DNA from: Halarcobacter sp.
GTDB taxonomy: Bacteria; Campylobacterota; Campylobacteria; Campylobacterales; Arcobacteraceae
Length of the DNA stretch: 64,000 bases
Reading direction: 5' to 3'
NCBI GenBank assembly: GCA_963676565.1
Contig: OY781089.1
Coordinates: 288,001 to 352,000, forward strand
The position numbers and the translations under genes are program-made. The notes below the pieces were generated by a model. The model saw only the letters and a program-made list of their open reading frames with translations. It was not told the DNA's origin and made no database searches. Numbering within the stretch: the stretch's first letter is position 1; each line of letters starts with the position of its first letter. Shown here one piece after another: positions 1-9,633 of this stretch.

Positions 1-1575
1 GTTCATTGAATTTTTCATTATTTCTATCCATTGTTTTTTATCTTCGTAATACATTGGTAAGATTTTCTCTTCTAATATATCCATTAAATTTTTATTATCA
101 AGTCTATCTTGCTCTTCAATTGAAAGGTCTCTACCTTCCGTTTTAATTGTAAAGGAATTAACTCCTTCTTTACAAAACTCTGGGTGCCAACCATCAGCAA
201 TAGATAAATTAACTGTACCATTCATAGCTGCACTCATTCCACTTGTACCACTTGCTTCTCTAGTAACTCTTGGATTATTTAACCAAACATCACAACCTTT
301 TTTTAACTTCATTGAAAGGTCTAATTCATAGCCAACTAAAATAGCAACATTTTTATAAGCTCTTGCCATATAGTTTAAATCATTAAAAATATTAATTGCT
401 AAGTTATCAAATGGATAAGGTTTTCCTGCCCAAATAATTTGAACTGGATGTTTTTGGTTTTTAATTAGATTTTCAAACCTTTGTAAATCATACTTTAAAA
501 GACCTGGTCTCTTGTATTCTGCAAATCTTCTTGCCCAAACAATAGTTAAAACATCAGGGTCAAACATTTTTCCTGTTTGGTTAGCAACTTCCACAAAAAG
601 CATTTTCTTTAAATGTTTTTTTCTTGCATCAAGTTCAAAATCTTCATGTTCATCTAAAGCTTTCATTAGAGTCTTATCACTCCAATATCTTCTATTTTGG
701 GCATTTGTGATTGCAGTAATTTCACATCTTCCCTCAACATCTTTCCACATCTCATTTGCAACTTCTCCATGGATTTTTGAAACTCCATTAGCAATTTTTG
801 CCATTTTTAAAGCTCCAACAGTTAAAGAGAATCTATCCCCTTCTATCCCAGTTACACCTCTAACTTCATGTAATTGTGAACCTGCAAAAAATCCCATTCT
901 ATCAAGCATATGAATATCATGTTCTTCATTTCCTGCTGTTTCAGGAGTATGTGTTGTAAAAACAAGTCTTTTTTTAACTTCCCTTGCATCTTTAAATCTA
1001 TTTAATAGTTCAAAAGCCATTGGTAAAGAATGTCCCTCATTCATATGATAAATCTCTGGGTCATATTTTAAAGCTTCTAAGATTTTTGCTCCACCAATAC
1101 CTAAAACTATCTCTTGAGCAACTCTAGTTTCATTGTTTTGGTCATAAAGTTTATGGGTAATAGTTCTTGATAAATAATCATTTCCTTCTACATCAGTTGA
1201 AAGTAAAATAAGTGGTGCAGAATTAAAAAGTTCACTTGGTACTAAATAAGCTTTTACAATAACAGGTTTACCATTTATATCAACAGTTACTGATACATTT
1301 AAATCTTCTAAAAAATAATATCTTTTTCTTCTAAATTCAACTTTTAAATATCTATCTTCATCTCTACCTTGGTCATAATAACCATAACTCCAAAGCATCC
1401 CTATTCCAACAACATTTTGTTTTAAATCATAGGCACTTCTCATATGTGAACCAGCTAAAAAACCAAGTCCCCCTGAGTAGATTTTTAAAGCTTGATGAAT
1501 TGCAAACTCCATTGAGAAATAAGCAACCGATTTTGAATATTTTTTATCAATTTCATAACTATGTAAATAACTCAT
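1..1575 (-). CDS. glgP: Alpha-glucan (glycogen) phosphorylase family protein, 3' end beyond window edge
   Basis: Not in ORF track. Hand translation from ATG 1575 (AAGGA upstream) gives MSYLHSYEIDKKYSKSVAYFSMEFAIHQALKIYSGGLGFLAGSHMRSAYDL; C-terminal REASGTSGMSAAMNG in the same frame. Confidence 0.93.
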   Translation of the reverse strand, partial: MSYLHSYEIDKKYSKSVAYFSMEFAIHQALKIYSGGLGFLAGSHMRSAYDLKQNVVGIGMLWSYGYYDQGRDEDRYLKVEFRRKRYYFLEDLNVSVTVDINGKPVIVKAYLVPSELFNSAPLILLSTDVEGNDYLSRTITHKLYDQNNETRVAQEIVLGIGGAKILEALKYDPEIYHMNEGHSLPMAFELLNRFKDAREVKKRLVFTTHTPETAGNEEHDIHMLDRMGFFAGSQLHEVRGVTGIEGDRFSLTVGALKMAKIANGVSKIHGEVANEMWKDVEGRCEITAITNAQNRRYWSDKTLMKALDEHEDFELDARKKHLKKMLFVEVANQTGKMFDPDVLTIVWARRFAEYKRPGLLKYDLQRFENLIKNQKHPVQIIWAGKPYPFDNLAINIFNDLNYMARAYKNVAILVGYELDLSMKLKKGCDVWLNNPRVTREASGTSGMSAAMNGTVNLSIADGWHPEFCKEGVNSFTIKTEGRDLSIEEQDRLDNKNLMDILEEKILPMYYEDKKQWIEIMKNSMN

Positions 1576-1591
1576 ATTAAATTTTTCCTTT

Positions 1592-3019
1592 TTATTTTTT
1601 ATATAGATTTATATATTCATGTGCAGAGTTTTTCCATGAATTATCAACTTGCATATTATGTTTAGATATATTTTCAAATTTATCTTTATTTGAATATAAA
1701 GATAAAGCCTTTGCAATTGCATGATTAAACCAAAATAGATTGTGTTCATCAAATGTTATTCCAACACCTAAACTCAACTTTTCTAAATCGTTTACATCAG
1801 TAAAATCTATAACTGTATCTTTTAAACCACCTGTTTTAGCTACAATTGGTAAAACACCATATTGCATACAAATCATTTGATTAAGTCCACATGGCTCAAA
1901 AATAGAAGGCATTAATAAATAGTCTGCACTTGCATATAATTTTCTTCCAAAACCTTCATCATAACCAATTTTAATTTTTATATTTTTATATCTGTCAATT
2001 AAACTTCCAAAGGCTTGATTATAAGACTCTTCACCACTTCCTAAAATTACAAAATTTGCTTCATAACTTGCAAAGAGTTCTATTGCATCTAAAATTAAAT
2101 CAACACCTTTTTGAGAAGTAAATCTTCCAATAAAAATAAATAAAGGTTTATTATCTTCGGCTAAATCTAACTCTTTGCAAAGGGCTTCTTTATTTTTTTT
2201 CTTTCCTTTATAGCTTTTAAAGGAGAAGTTTTTTTCTATATACTCATCTTTTTTTGGATTAAACACTTCTGTACTAATTCCATTTACAATCCCTTTTAGT
2301 TTGTAGGCATTGATTCTTAAAGTTTCATCTAAACCATTTCCAAAACTTGCAGTTTGAATCTCTTGGGCATAGGTACTACTAACTGTTGTAACCTTATCAC
2401 TAAAATAGATACCAGCTTTTAAAAAGTTAACTGCATCATAATATTCTAAACCATCAAATTTAAAACAAGTATTCCAATCAAATTCAAGTTGATCCATAAC
2501 ATCTTTTCCAAAAACACCTTGATATGCTAAGTTATGAATTGTTAAAACTGTTTTAATATCTAAGTTATATCTGGTTTTTACAAGCATTGGAACAAGTGCA
2601 GTTTGCCAATCATTTACATGAATAGCATGAATATCTAATTTCATTCTAATCATAACTTCTAGAATTGAATAAGAAAAAAGACCAAACCTTAAAGCATTGT
2701 CTCCAAAATCTCCAAAATCATCATAATATAAACCTAATCTATCACATAAAATTGGATTATAAATGAACAACTCATCTTTTGAGTCTTTTTTTTGAAAAAC
2801 ATCAAATTGATGTCTAACTCCAGCTAACCAATAATCAAATGTCAATCCACTAAAAACTATATTAAATTTATCTCTGTCTATTTGATTATACAAAGGCATA
2901 ATAGAGTAAACTCTTTCCCCTTCATTTCTTAAAGCTTCTGGTAAAGCATGACCTACATCAGCTAAACCTCCAGTTTTTGCATAGGGAAATATTTCACTTG
3001 CTGCAAAAAGAATACTCAT
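1592..3019 (-). CDS. glgA: Glycogen/starch synthase (GT5)
   Basis: KTGGLADV, HVNDWQT, TIHNLAYQG, MPSIFEPCGLNQM motifs. Confidence 0.95.
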   Translation of the reverse strand: MSILFAASEIFPYAKTGGLADVGHALPEALRNEGERVYSIMPLYNQIDRDKFNIVFSGLTFDYWLAGVRHQFDVFQKKDSKDELFIYNPILCDRLGLYYDDFGDFGDNALRFGLFSYSILEVMIRMKLDIHAIHVNDWQTALVPMLVKTRYNLDIKTVLTIHNLAYQGVFGKDVMDQLEFDWNTCFKFDGLEYYDAVNFLKAGIYFSDKVTTVSSTYAQEIQTASFGNGLDETLRINAYKLKGIVNGISTEVFNPKKDEYIEKNFSFKSYKGKKKNKEALCKELDLAEDNKPLFIFIGRFTSQKGVDLILDAIELFASYEANFVILGSGEESYNQAFGSLIDRYKNIKIKIGYDEGFGRKLYASADYLLMPSIFEPCGLNQMICMQYGVLPIVAKTGGLKDTVIDFTDVNDLEKLSLGVGITFDEHNLFWFNHAIAKALSLYSNKDKFENISKHNMQVDNSWKNSAHEYINLYKK

Positions 3020-4017
3020 TTGCTCTCCTTATAAATTTTGGCAGCATCTTCTGGAAGCATGACATTTATATTCATTTCACTATCCAATTCAAATCCTGCT
3101 TGCTTGTAAATTCTAGGTTTTATATCTATGTAAAATCTAAAATACTCTTTTGTGTTCTCATCATACTCTTTATATGGAGCATTTTTAATAATCATATTAA
3201 AAGAAACTTCACCTAATGCTTTATGGAACTTTGAATAAAACTCTTTTGTAATGTCACATAAAGCACTTAAATCAGTTTTGCTAAATTCTGTAATAGAAGA
3301 GAGTTTTTTCTTAGAAACAATTTTTGCTTCAAAGGCAAACTTAGAAGCATAAGGACAAAATAATACAAATTCACTATTTTGAGCAATTATGTTTTTTTTG
3401 TAGTTTAACTCTTCATAAACAATATCATCCATTAAAGCTCTTTTATGTTCCTCATAATACTCTTTTTTATAACTTATCTCCTCTTTAATCTTTTTTGGAA
3501 GAAAAGGTAAAGCCATAATCTGAGAGTGGGAATGGGACATTGATGCCCCTGCATCTTTTCCATAGTTTTTAAATACTGAAAGATAAGCAAATCTATCATC
3601 TCTTTTAAGATTAGTTGCTCTTTCTTTTATAATTGTAAAGTAATTTAAAAAATCATTATAATCAAAATCCCAAATTTGTTTTTCATGGTTTGGAGTTTCA
3701 ATAATAACTTCATGGGCTCCAAAACCTGAATATGTTTCAAAAAAACTCTCTCTTGAAGATTTTGGTGCAACATCAATAGAAAGTGCATTATATAGATTTG
3801 GGACTACTCTACATTGCCATTTTCCATCTTGTGAGATTCTTGTAATCTCATTTGGAGTAAACTCCTCTTTTCCCATATCAAAGGGGCATCTTTCGTGAAT
3901 AATCTCACCAAGATACACATCTTTTTTATTATGTAAATCACTTGGTCTTTTTAATCTTTCAGGGGCAAAAAGTGTCCATTCTCTTGTTAATTTGCAATAT
4001 CTAAAATTTGACACCAT
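3016..4017 (-). CDS. galT: GalT-family nucleotidylyltransferase (ADP-glucose phosphorylase-like)
   Basis: GFGAHEVIIETP and GASMSHSHSQ (HxHxQ) motifs; start moved to ATG 4017 after AGGAG. Confidence 0.85.
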   Translation of the reverse strand: MVSNFRYCKLTREWTLFAPERLKRPSDLHNKKDVYLGEIIHERCPFDMGKEEFTPNEITRISQDGKWQCRVVPNLYNALSIDVAPKSSRESFFETYSGFGAHEVIIETPNHEKQIWDFDYNDFLNYFTIIKERATNLKRDDRFAYLSVFKNYGKDAGASMSHSHSQIMALPFLPKKIKEEISYKKEYYEEHKRALMDDIVYEELNYKKNIIAQNSEFVLFCPYASKFAFEAKIVSKKKLSSITEFSKTDLSALCDITKEFYSKFHKALGEVSFNMIIKNAPYKEYDENTKEYFRFYIDIKPRIYKQAGFELDSEMNINVMLPEDAAKIYKESK

Positions 4018-4022
4018 TACTC

Positions 4023-6110
4023 CTATATATACCAATTTTTCAAGAATAAATTCTCAAAATCTAAAACTGTCTCATCATAAAGTGGATACCTTTGAATTTT
4101 TCTATCATCTTGGAAAATTTCAAACATAAAATTCACTTTCTCTTTCTTTTGATCATAAACTTTTAACTCGATTCCCTCATCTAAAGCTAAATCAAAATAT
4201 GTTCCATTTTGAACTAAACTTTCAATTTTATCTTTTAAATCAAATACAAAAATCTTATCATCAATAGTTACTTTTAATTCTAATTCTTTATCTTTTAAAT
4301 ACTTAATTTTTTCACCTTTTAAATAAAGGTATAAATTACACTCTTTATCTTTCCCATAATATAAATAATCTACAATAGAAGCAGAAGAATCCATAGTTGA
4401 AAACTCTTTTTTAATATCTATTTCTCCACTATTTAGCCATTCAAAAAAGTTGCTATTATTTCCATCAACAACAGGATAGATAAAATCTTTTGGTGGAACA
4501 TGAACTCTTTTTTTACTATCTTTTTTTACTATTGGAGTAAAGATTTCTGTTGGTACACTTTTTTCCATTAGCTCATAAATATTTTTTAAATGTGCTCTAA
4601 ATTGTTCATCGAATTGATGGTTTAATTCTGTATAGTGATCATCCCCATACCACCAAAACCAATCACTTCCAAGGGCAATTAAAAACTCTTTTTCGATTCT
4701 TTTTAATATATCCTCACTTAAACTATCTTTTTCATTATCAAAGGCAGCTTTGGTCATATCAAGAAGTTCCCAAGCCCTGTTTTTTTCATTACTCCCAATC
4801 CAAATATCGAAGTTTCCATTTATCCAACTTCCACTAGCAAGAGTATCTATCTCAACTTCTTCTAAATCATCTATTTTAGCTACATCATCAAATAAAATTG
4901 TCTCTAACCAAGGTTGGGAATCTAGTTGTTTATATAACTCTTCAAAAAACTCTTTTGCATTATTTGGATAAAATTCCCAAGCATTTTCACCATCAAGTAT
5001 AACAGGAACAATAACTGAATCAGAAGAGTCATAGTAGATATTTTTTAGATGAGAAATAAAATCATGGGCAGCTTCACGTGCTCCTTTTTTACTATATTCA
5101 AAACCTATTAAGTCACTTAAATATTTATCTCTAAAAAATAGATTTACTTTTCCATTTTCTGTATTTAAAGAATATGGTTTATAAACTAACTCTTTATTTC
5201 CTTTTTGAAGTGTTTTGAAAATTATCTCTTCATCAGAACAAGCCCATTTTACACCATTTTTTGCAAGAAGTGAGATAGTTTCTACACTAACACTTCCCTC
5301 ACTTGGCCAAAAGCCACTTACATCTGTATCAAAATGTTTTTTATAATACTCAACTGCATTTTTAACTTGCATAGAAGCAAAATCTTTAAAATCAGCGGCT
5401 TGGGAACTTGGTAATAAAACATGAGGTTTTGCTTCAACAGCACTTTTTCTATCTAATAATAATGGTAAAATAGGATGATAAAAAGGAGTAGTTGAAATTG
5501 CAATTTGTCCACTATCACAAAGCTTTTTATAATAAGGAATTACTTCCTTTAAAAAATCAAACATTGTCGATACTAATTGAAGTTTTTGCTCTTGTGTATA
5601 GCCTCTTTTTTGGTCTAATAAATTTTTAACAATATAATTGTTTTCTCTTATATAATTACCACACCAAGTTAATAAAAATAAAACTTCTAACTCTACTAAT
5701 TCTTCATTGCTAAAAGAGTTAATAGAATTCCCTTCAGCCTTGAATTTAACTAAAAATTCATTATATCTTGAAAGAGGTTTTATCATATTTTGTTCATTTG
5801 GTAAAAATAGATACTCTTCTAAAAATAGTATTTCTTCGTTATTTAAAAGACTTACATCTTTTTTCAAAATCTCCATAAACTTATCATTGGCAGTTCCATT
5901 GATATACTCTTCAATCTGAGCCATAAGTGAAGGAACAAGATTAAAAGTTGCCTTGATATTTGGAAATTTTTCCAAATACCAAGGGATGTCATAATAATCT
6001 TTTGTAGCATGTAAAAACACCCAAGGCATTAATGTCTTGTTTGTTAAATCATCTTTGTAATAAGGTTGATGCATATGCCATAAAAATGACAAATATAATT
6101 TTTTATTCAC
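4023..6110 (-). CDS. Glycoside hydrolase family 57 (amylopullulanase-like)
   Basis: WHMHQP, FWPSEG (nucleophile Glu), DGENAWE (acid/base Asp), SDWFWW. Confidence 0.9.
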   Translation of the reverse strand: MNKKLYLSFLWHMHQPYYKDDLTNKTLMPWVFLHATKDYYDIPWYLEKFPNIKATFNLVPSLMAQIEEYINGTANDKFMEILKKDVSLLNNEEILFLEEYLFLPNEQNMIKPLSRYNEFLVKFKAEGNSINSFSNEELVELEVLFLLTWCGNYIRENNYIVKNLLDQKRGYTQEQKLQLVSTMFDFLKEVIPYYKKLCDSGQIAISTTPFYHPILPLLLDRKSAVEAKPHVLLPSSQAADFKDFASMQVKNAVEYYKKHFDTDVSGFWPSEGSVSVETISLLAKNGVKWACSDEEIIFKTLQKGNKELVYKPYSLNTENGKVNLFFRDKYLSDLIGFEYSKKGAREAAHDFISHLKNIYYDSSDSVIVPVILDGENAWEFYPNNAKEFFEELYKQLDSQPWLETILFDDVAKIDDLEEVEIDTLASGSWINGNFDIWIGSNEKNRAWELLDMTKAAFDNEKDSLSEDILKRIEKEFLIALGSDWFWWYGDDHYTELNHQFDEQFRAHLKNIYELMEKSVPTEIFTPIVKKDSKKRVHVPPKDFIYPVVDGNNSNFFEWLNSGEIDIKKEFSTMDSSASIVDYLYYGKDKECNLYLYLKGEKIKYLKDKELELKVTIDDKIFVFDLKDKIESLVQNGTYFDLALDEGIELKVYDQKKEKVNFMFEIFQDDRKIQRYPLYDETVLDFENLFLKNWYI

Positions 6111-8586
6111 TAATCCACTTTTCTATTTTATCTTGATATGAATAGAATATTTTTCCAGCACTTTTCTCATCTTCAGCCTGAACATAAAGATTTAAATATT
6201 CATTGTGTTGATCTGGAACCATTAAAATCCATTCATCATCATTCATCCAAATTTTCACACCATCGATATTTGATGTTTGCTTACCTTTACCATCTTCTAG
6301 GAATTTTCTCATCATCTTACCTTTTAAGGTATCTGGACAAGGAATATTTTCCCCTTTATACACAAAGTCTTTAATATCTCTTACAATTTTTGAAAAATCT
6401 TTCCCCGATTTTTGAAGTAACTCAAGGATTTTAAAACTTGCATAAATTGAATCTCTATTTAAACCAAATTCACTAAAGGCAAAGTGCCCATCACTATCTG
6501 CAATTAAGTCATATTCTTTTAACTCTTTTGCTTTAAGATTTTCAAGTTTATTCATTGTGATTTCAATATTCTCATAACTAACAAAATCTGGAGCCCACGC
6601 AGGAAGTAAAACTTTTAGTTTTCTATCTGTTGTCATATCTAATAATTGTAAAACAGCAATTAATAATTTATAGTCATAGATTAATCTTCCAGTACTATCA
6701 ATTACTTGAAGTTTATGACCATTTGGATAAATTAAAAACCCACAATCTAGATTCATTGCTCTAACAATATTTTGCATAGTAGATTGTGTTTTTTCAATAT
6801 CAGCTGATTTAATTTTTTCACTTTTATGTGCATTTAAAATGATATTTTCAATACCAAGTTCATTTATAATTCTTGGATAGATATCTGAAGTAGAACCATT
6901 CATAATATCAGCAGCCACTTTAATTTCAGAAGCTTGGAATAATGATTTATCAAAAGAGTTTTGAATAGCTTCAATATATTCATCACTTAAAGTAAAATTA
7001 TCAACTACAGTACCAATATCTGTATATGGAACTCTTCTAAAGTTTTCTCTGAAGAATACTCTTTCAATAGATTGAGCCACTTTACTATCAACAGGAAGAC
7101 CTTCACTTGTATAAAAGATTATTTCTGTTTCAGTTGGATCAAAAACAGATTGTCTAAAGTGAACACCTGCCGCCATATCTTCTTTACTACTTAAAGCATG
7201 TCTCATTACATTTGATGGTACATTTCTAGGATCTACAATATTAACTCCCGTTGATAATATACCACCAACAAAAGCTCTTTTTAACATAAATGTTGAAGGA
7301 TGATAATCCCTTGAAATATAAATATTACATCCCTTTGGAAGTATTGAACCAAAGGCTTCAGCTAATTTTGTAGTCATTTGACAAGATAATTCAATGTTTG
7401 TTCTACCAACTACAGAACCCTCTTCAAAAATAGATGATTTGTATTTATTTCCCCAAATGATATTAGAACTAATTACAGAAGAAGCTTCAACTACTTTATC
7501 TGGCCACATAATAATATCTTTTTCAAAAGATACTTTTTTATTAACTAGACACTTTTCAGCCATAATAACACCATGAGATGCTTTTGATTCATCTTTTATA
7601 ACATTATCATTACAAATTACAGAATTATTTAGCTTTACTTTAACTCCAAGTTTTACATCATTCCATAAAACTGTGTCAATAACTTCAGAATGTTTTGAAA
7701 CTTTTGTATTATCTCCAATTACACAATTTTTAAGTGTAACTCCTTCATCAATAGATACATTTTTACCTAAAACTACAGTTCCTTCAACTCTAATTTTTTT
7801 GTTTAATTTAGTTCCCTCTTCACAATAAATAGTTCCTTTATCTAAAGAGCTAGATTCCCCTTTAAATGGAAGTTGAATATCTCCAAGCATAATATCTTTA
7901 TAAACATCTCTATAGCTTTCTGGGTTTCCAACATCTCTCCAATATCCTTTTTGAGGACAACCCCATAAAGGAATATCTTCTTTCATCATCTTTGGAAACA
8001 AATCTTTTGCAAAATCATAATTTTGTTTAAATGGAATCAAATCTAAAACTTGTGGTTCTATTATATAAATACCAGTGTTGATAGTATCACTAAATACTTC
8101 TCCCCAACTTGGTTTCTCTAAGAATTTTTCGATTCTATCCTCTTCATTTGCAATTACAACTCCAAATTGAAGTGGATTTTCAACAGGTGTTAAAGTAATA
8201 GTTAATTGAGACTCTTTTTTCTCATGGAATTTTTTTATCTTTTTAAAATCAAAGTCAGTTACTAAATCTCCACTAACGATAATAAAGGTTTCATCTAAAA
8301 ACTCTCTTGCAAAAGCAACTGCTCCTGCAGTTCCATAATCATCATCAGGTAAAAAATATTGAATATTTACACCTAAATCTTTCCCATCTTTAAAATGTTC
8401 TTTAATAATATCTGGTTTAAAATAAAGTAAAACACCAATCTCTGTAATACCTAATTCATCTCTTAGTTTTATGATGATATGTTCCATCATAGGCCGATTT
8501 AATATCGGAAGCATTGGCTTTGGTACCGAATTTGTCAATGGTTGAATTCTAGTACCAAATCCTCCTGCTAAAACAATTGCTTTCAT
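6103..8586 (-). CDS. Sugar-phosphate nucleotidyltransferase with left-handed beta-helix, fused to an alpha-D-phosphohexomutase-like domain
   Basis: LAGGFGTRIQPLT..PKPM, FLEKP, YWRDVG, hexapeptide repeats; C-terminal PGM/PMM-like region (DGVKIW..W.LM.P). Confidence 0.88.
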   Translation of the reverse strand: MKAIVLAGGFGTRIQPLTNSVPKPMLPILNRPMMEHIIIKLRDELGITEIGVLLYFKPDIIKEHFKDGKDLGVNIQYFLPDDDYGTAGAVAFAREFLDETFIIVSGDLVTDFDFKKIKKFHEKKESQLTITLTPVENPLQFGVVIANEEDRIEKFLEKPSWGEVFSDTINTGIYIIEPQVLDLIPFKQNYDFAKDLFPKMMKEDIPLWGCPQKGYWRDVGNPESYRDVYKDIMLGDIQLPFKGESSSLDKGTIYCEEGTKLNKKIRVEGTVVLGKNVSIDEGVTLKNCVIGDNTKVSKHSEVIDTVLWNDVKLGVKVKLNNSVICNDNVIKDESKASHGVIMAEKCLVNKKVSFEKDIIMWPDKVVEASSVISSNIIWGNKYKSSIFEEGSVVGRTNIELSCQMTTKLAEAFGSILPKGCNIYISRDYHPSTFMLKRAFVGGILSTGVNIVDPRNVPSNVMRHALSSKEDMAAGVHFRQSVFDPTETEIIFYTSEGLPVDSKVAQSIERVFFRENFRRVPYTDIGTVVDNFTLSDEYIEAIQNSFDKSLFQASEIKVAADIMNGSTSDIYPRIINELGIENIILNAHKSEKIKSADIEKTQSTMQNIVRAMNLDCGFLIYPNGHKLQVIDSTGRLIYDYKLLIAVLQLLDMTTDRKLKVLLPAWAPDFVSYENIEITMNKLENLKAKELKEYDLIADSDGHFAFSEFGLNRDSIYASFKILELLQKSGKDFSKIVRDIKDFVYKGENIPCPDTLKGKMMRKFLEDGKGKQTSNIDGVKIWMNDDEWILMVPDQHNEYLNLYVQAEDEKSAGKIFYSYQDKIEKWISE

Positions 8587-8618
8587 CCCTATCTCCCCTT
8601 TGTAAATTTTAAACCTAA

Positions 8619-9596
8619 TTAATTAACCAATCTTCTCGCTAAATCTAATAATTCATCTTTTATCTTATACTTTTGCGAATTGACATATTCTATTGATACA
8701 AAATCAAATTGACTTTTATTGTAAACAATTACACTTCCTCCAGTTTGACCTGAAAGCAATCTATCTACTGCAAAGGTTGCAAACTGTGAAGCTAAAAGTC
8801 TATCAAATACAGTTGGATTCCCACCCCTTTGTACATGACCTAGAATTGTTGCTCTTGTTTCAATTCCTATATCATTTTGTAACCAGTCAACTAAGTGTTG
8901 TGTACTTATACATTTGTCATCATGGCAGCCTTCTGCAACTACGCAAACAACATATTTTCTACCGTCTGCAATCTCTTTTTTTAATCTCTTACCAATAATA
9001 TCTAAATCATAATCTAATTCTGGAATTATACAAACCTCAGCACCACAAGTAATTGCAGATACTAATGCCAAATATCCACAATCTCTACCCATAGTTTCAA
9101 TTACACAAGCTCTTTTAAAAGAAGATGAAGTATCCCTTACTGCATCAGTTGCTTGTCTGATTACATTTAAAGCAGTATCAACCCCTAAACAATATTCTGT
9201 TCCGAAAATATCATTATCAATGGTTGCAGGAATCCCTACAAAATTCACCCCAAAATCCTTATGGAATTGGTTTAGTGCTCTAAAGGAACCATCTCCTCCT
9301 AAAATTACTATTTTGTCAATATTATGTTTTTGTAAGTTTTTGTAAGCTTGTTCTCTATATTTATATTCAAAAAATCTTTTTGATCTAGATGACCTAATTT
9401 TAGTACCACCTTCATGCATAATTCCTGCAACATCTTCGTATGTTGCAGGTCTTATATCACCATCAATTAAGCCTTTTAATCCATCATAGATTAAGTAAGG
9501 TTGAACTTTTCTATTAAAACAATAGTCGACAAACTGTTTTATCGCAGGATTCATACCCGCACAGTCTCCCCCTGATGTCATTATTGCTATTGCCAT
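8619..9596 (-). CDS. pfkA: ATP-dependent 6-phosphofructokinase
   Basis: TSGGDCAGMN, GGDGS, PATIDND, ETMGRDCG, LGHVQRGG. Confidence 0.95.
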   Translation of the reverse strand: MAIAIMTSGGDCAGMNPAIKQFVDYCFNRKVQPYLIYDGLKGLIDGDIRPATYEDVAGIMHEGGTKIRSSRSKRFFEYKYREQAYKNLQKHNIDKIVILGGDGSFRALNQFHKDFGVNFVGIPATIDNDIFGTEYCLGVDTALNVIRQATDAVRDTSSSFKRACVIETMGRDCGYLALVSAITCGAEVCIIPELDYDLDIIGKRLKKEIADGRKYVVCVVAEGCHDDKCISTQHLVDWLQNDIGIETRATILGHVQRGGNPTVFDRLLASQFATFAVDRLLSGQTGGSVIVYNKSQFDFVSIEYVNSQKYKIKDELLDLARRLVN

Positions 9597-9633
9597 AATT
9601 CACCTTAAGTGTTAAATTTATTTACATGTACTA

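Noticed and set aside
512..913. 133-aa plus-strand ORF
   Set aside because: Antisense shadow of glgP
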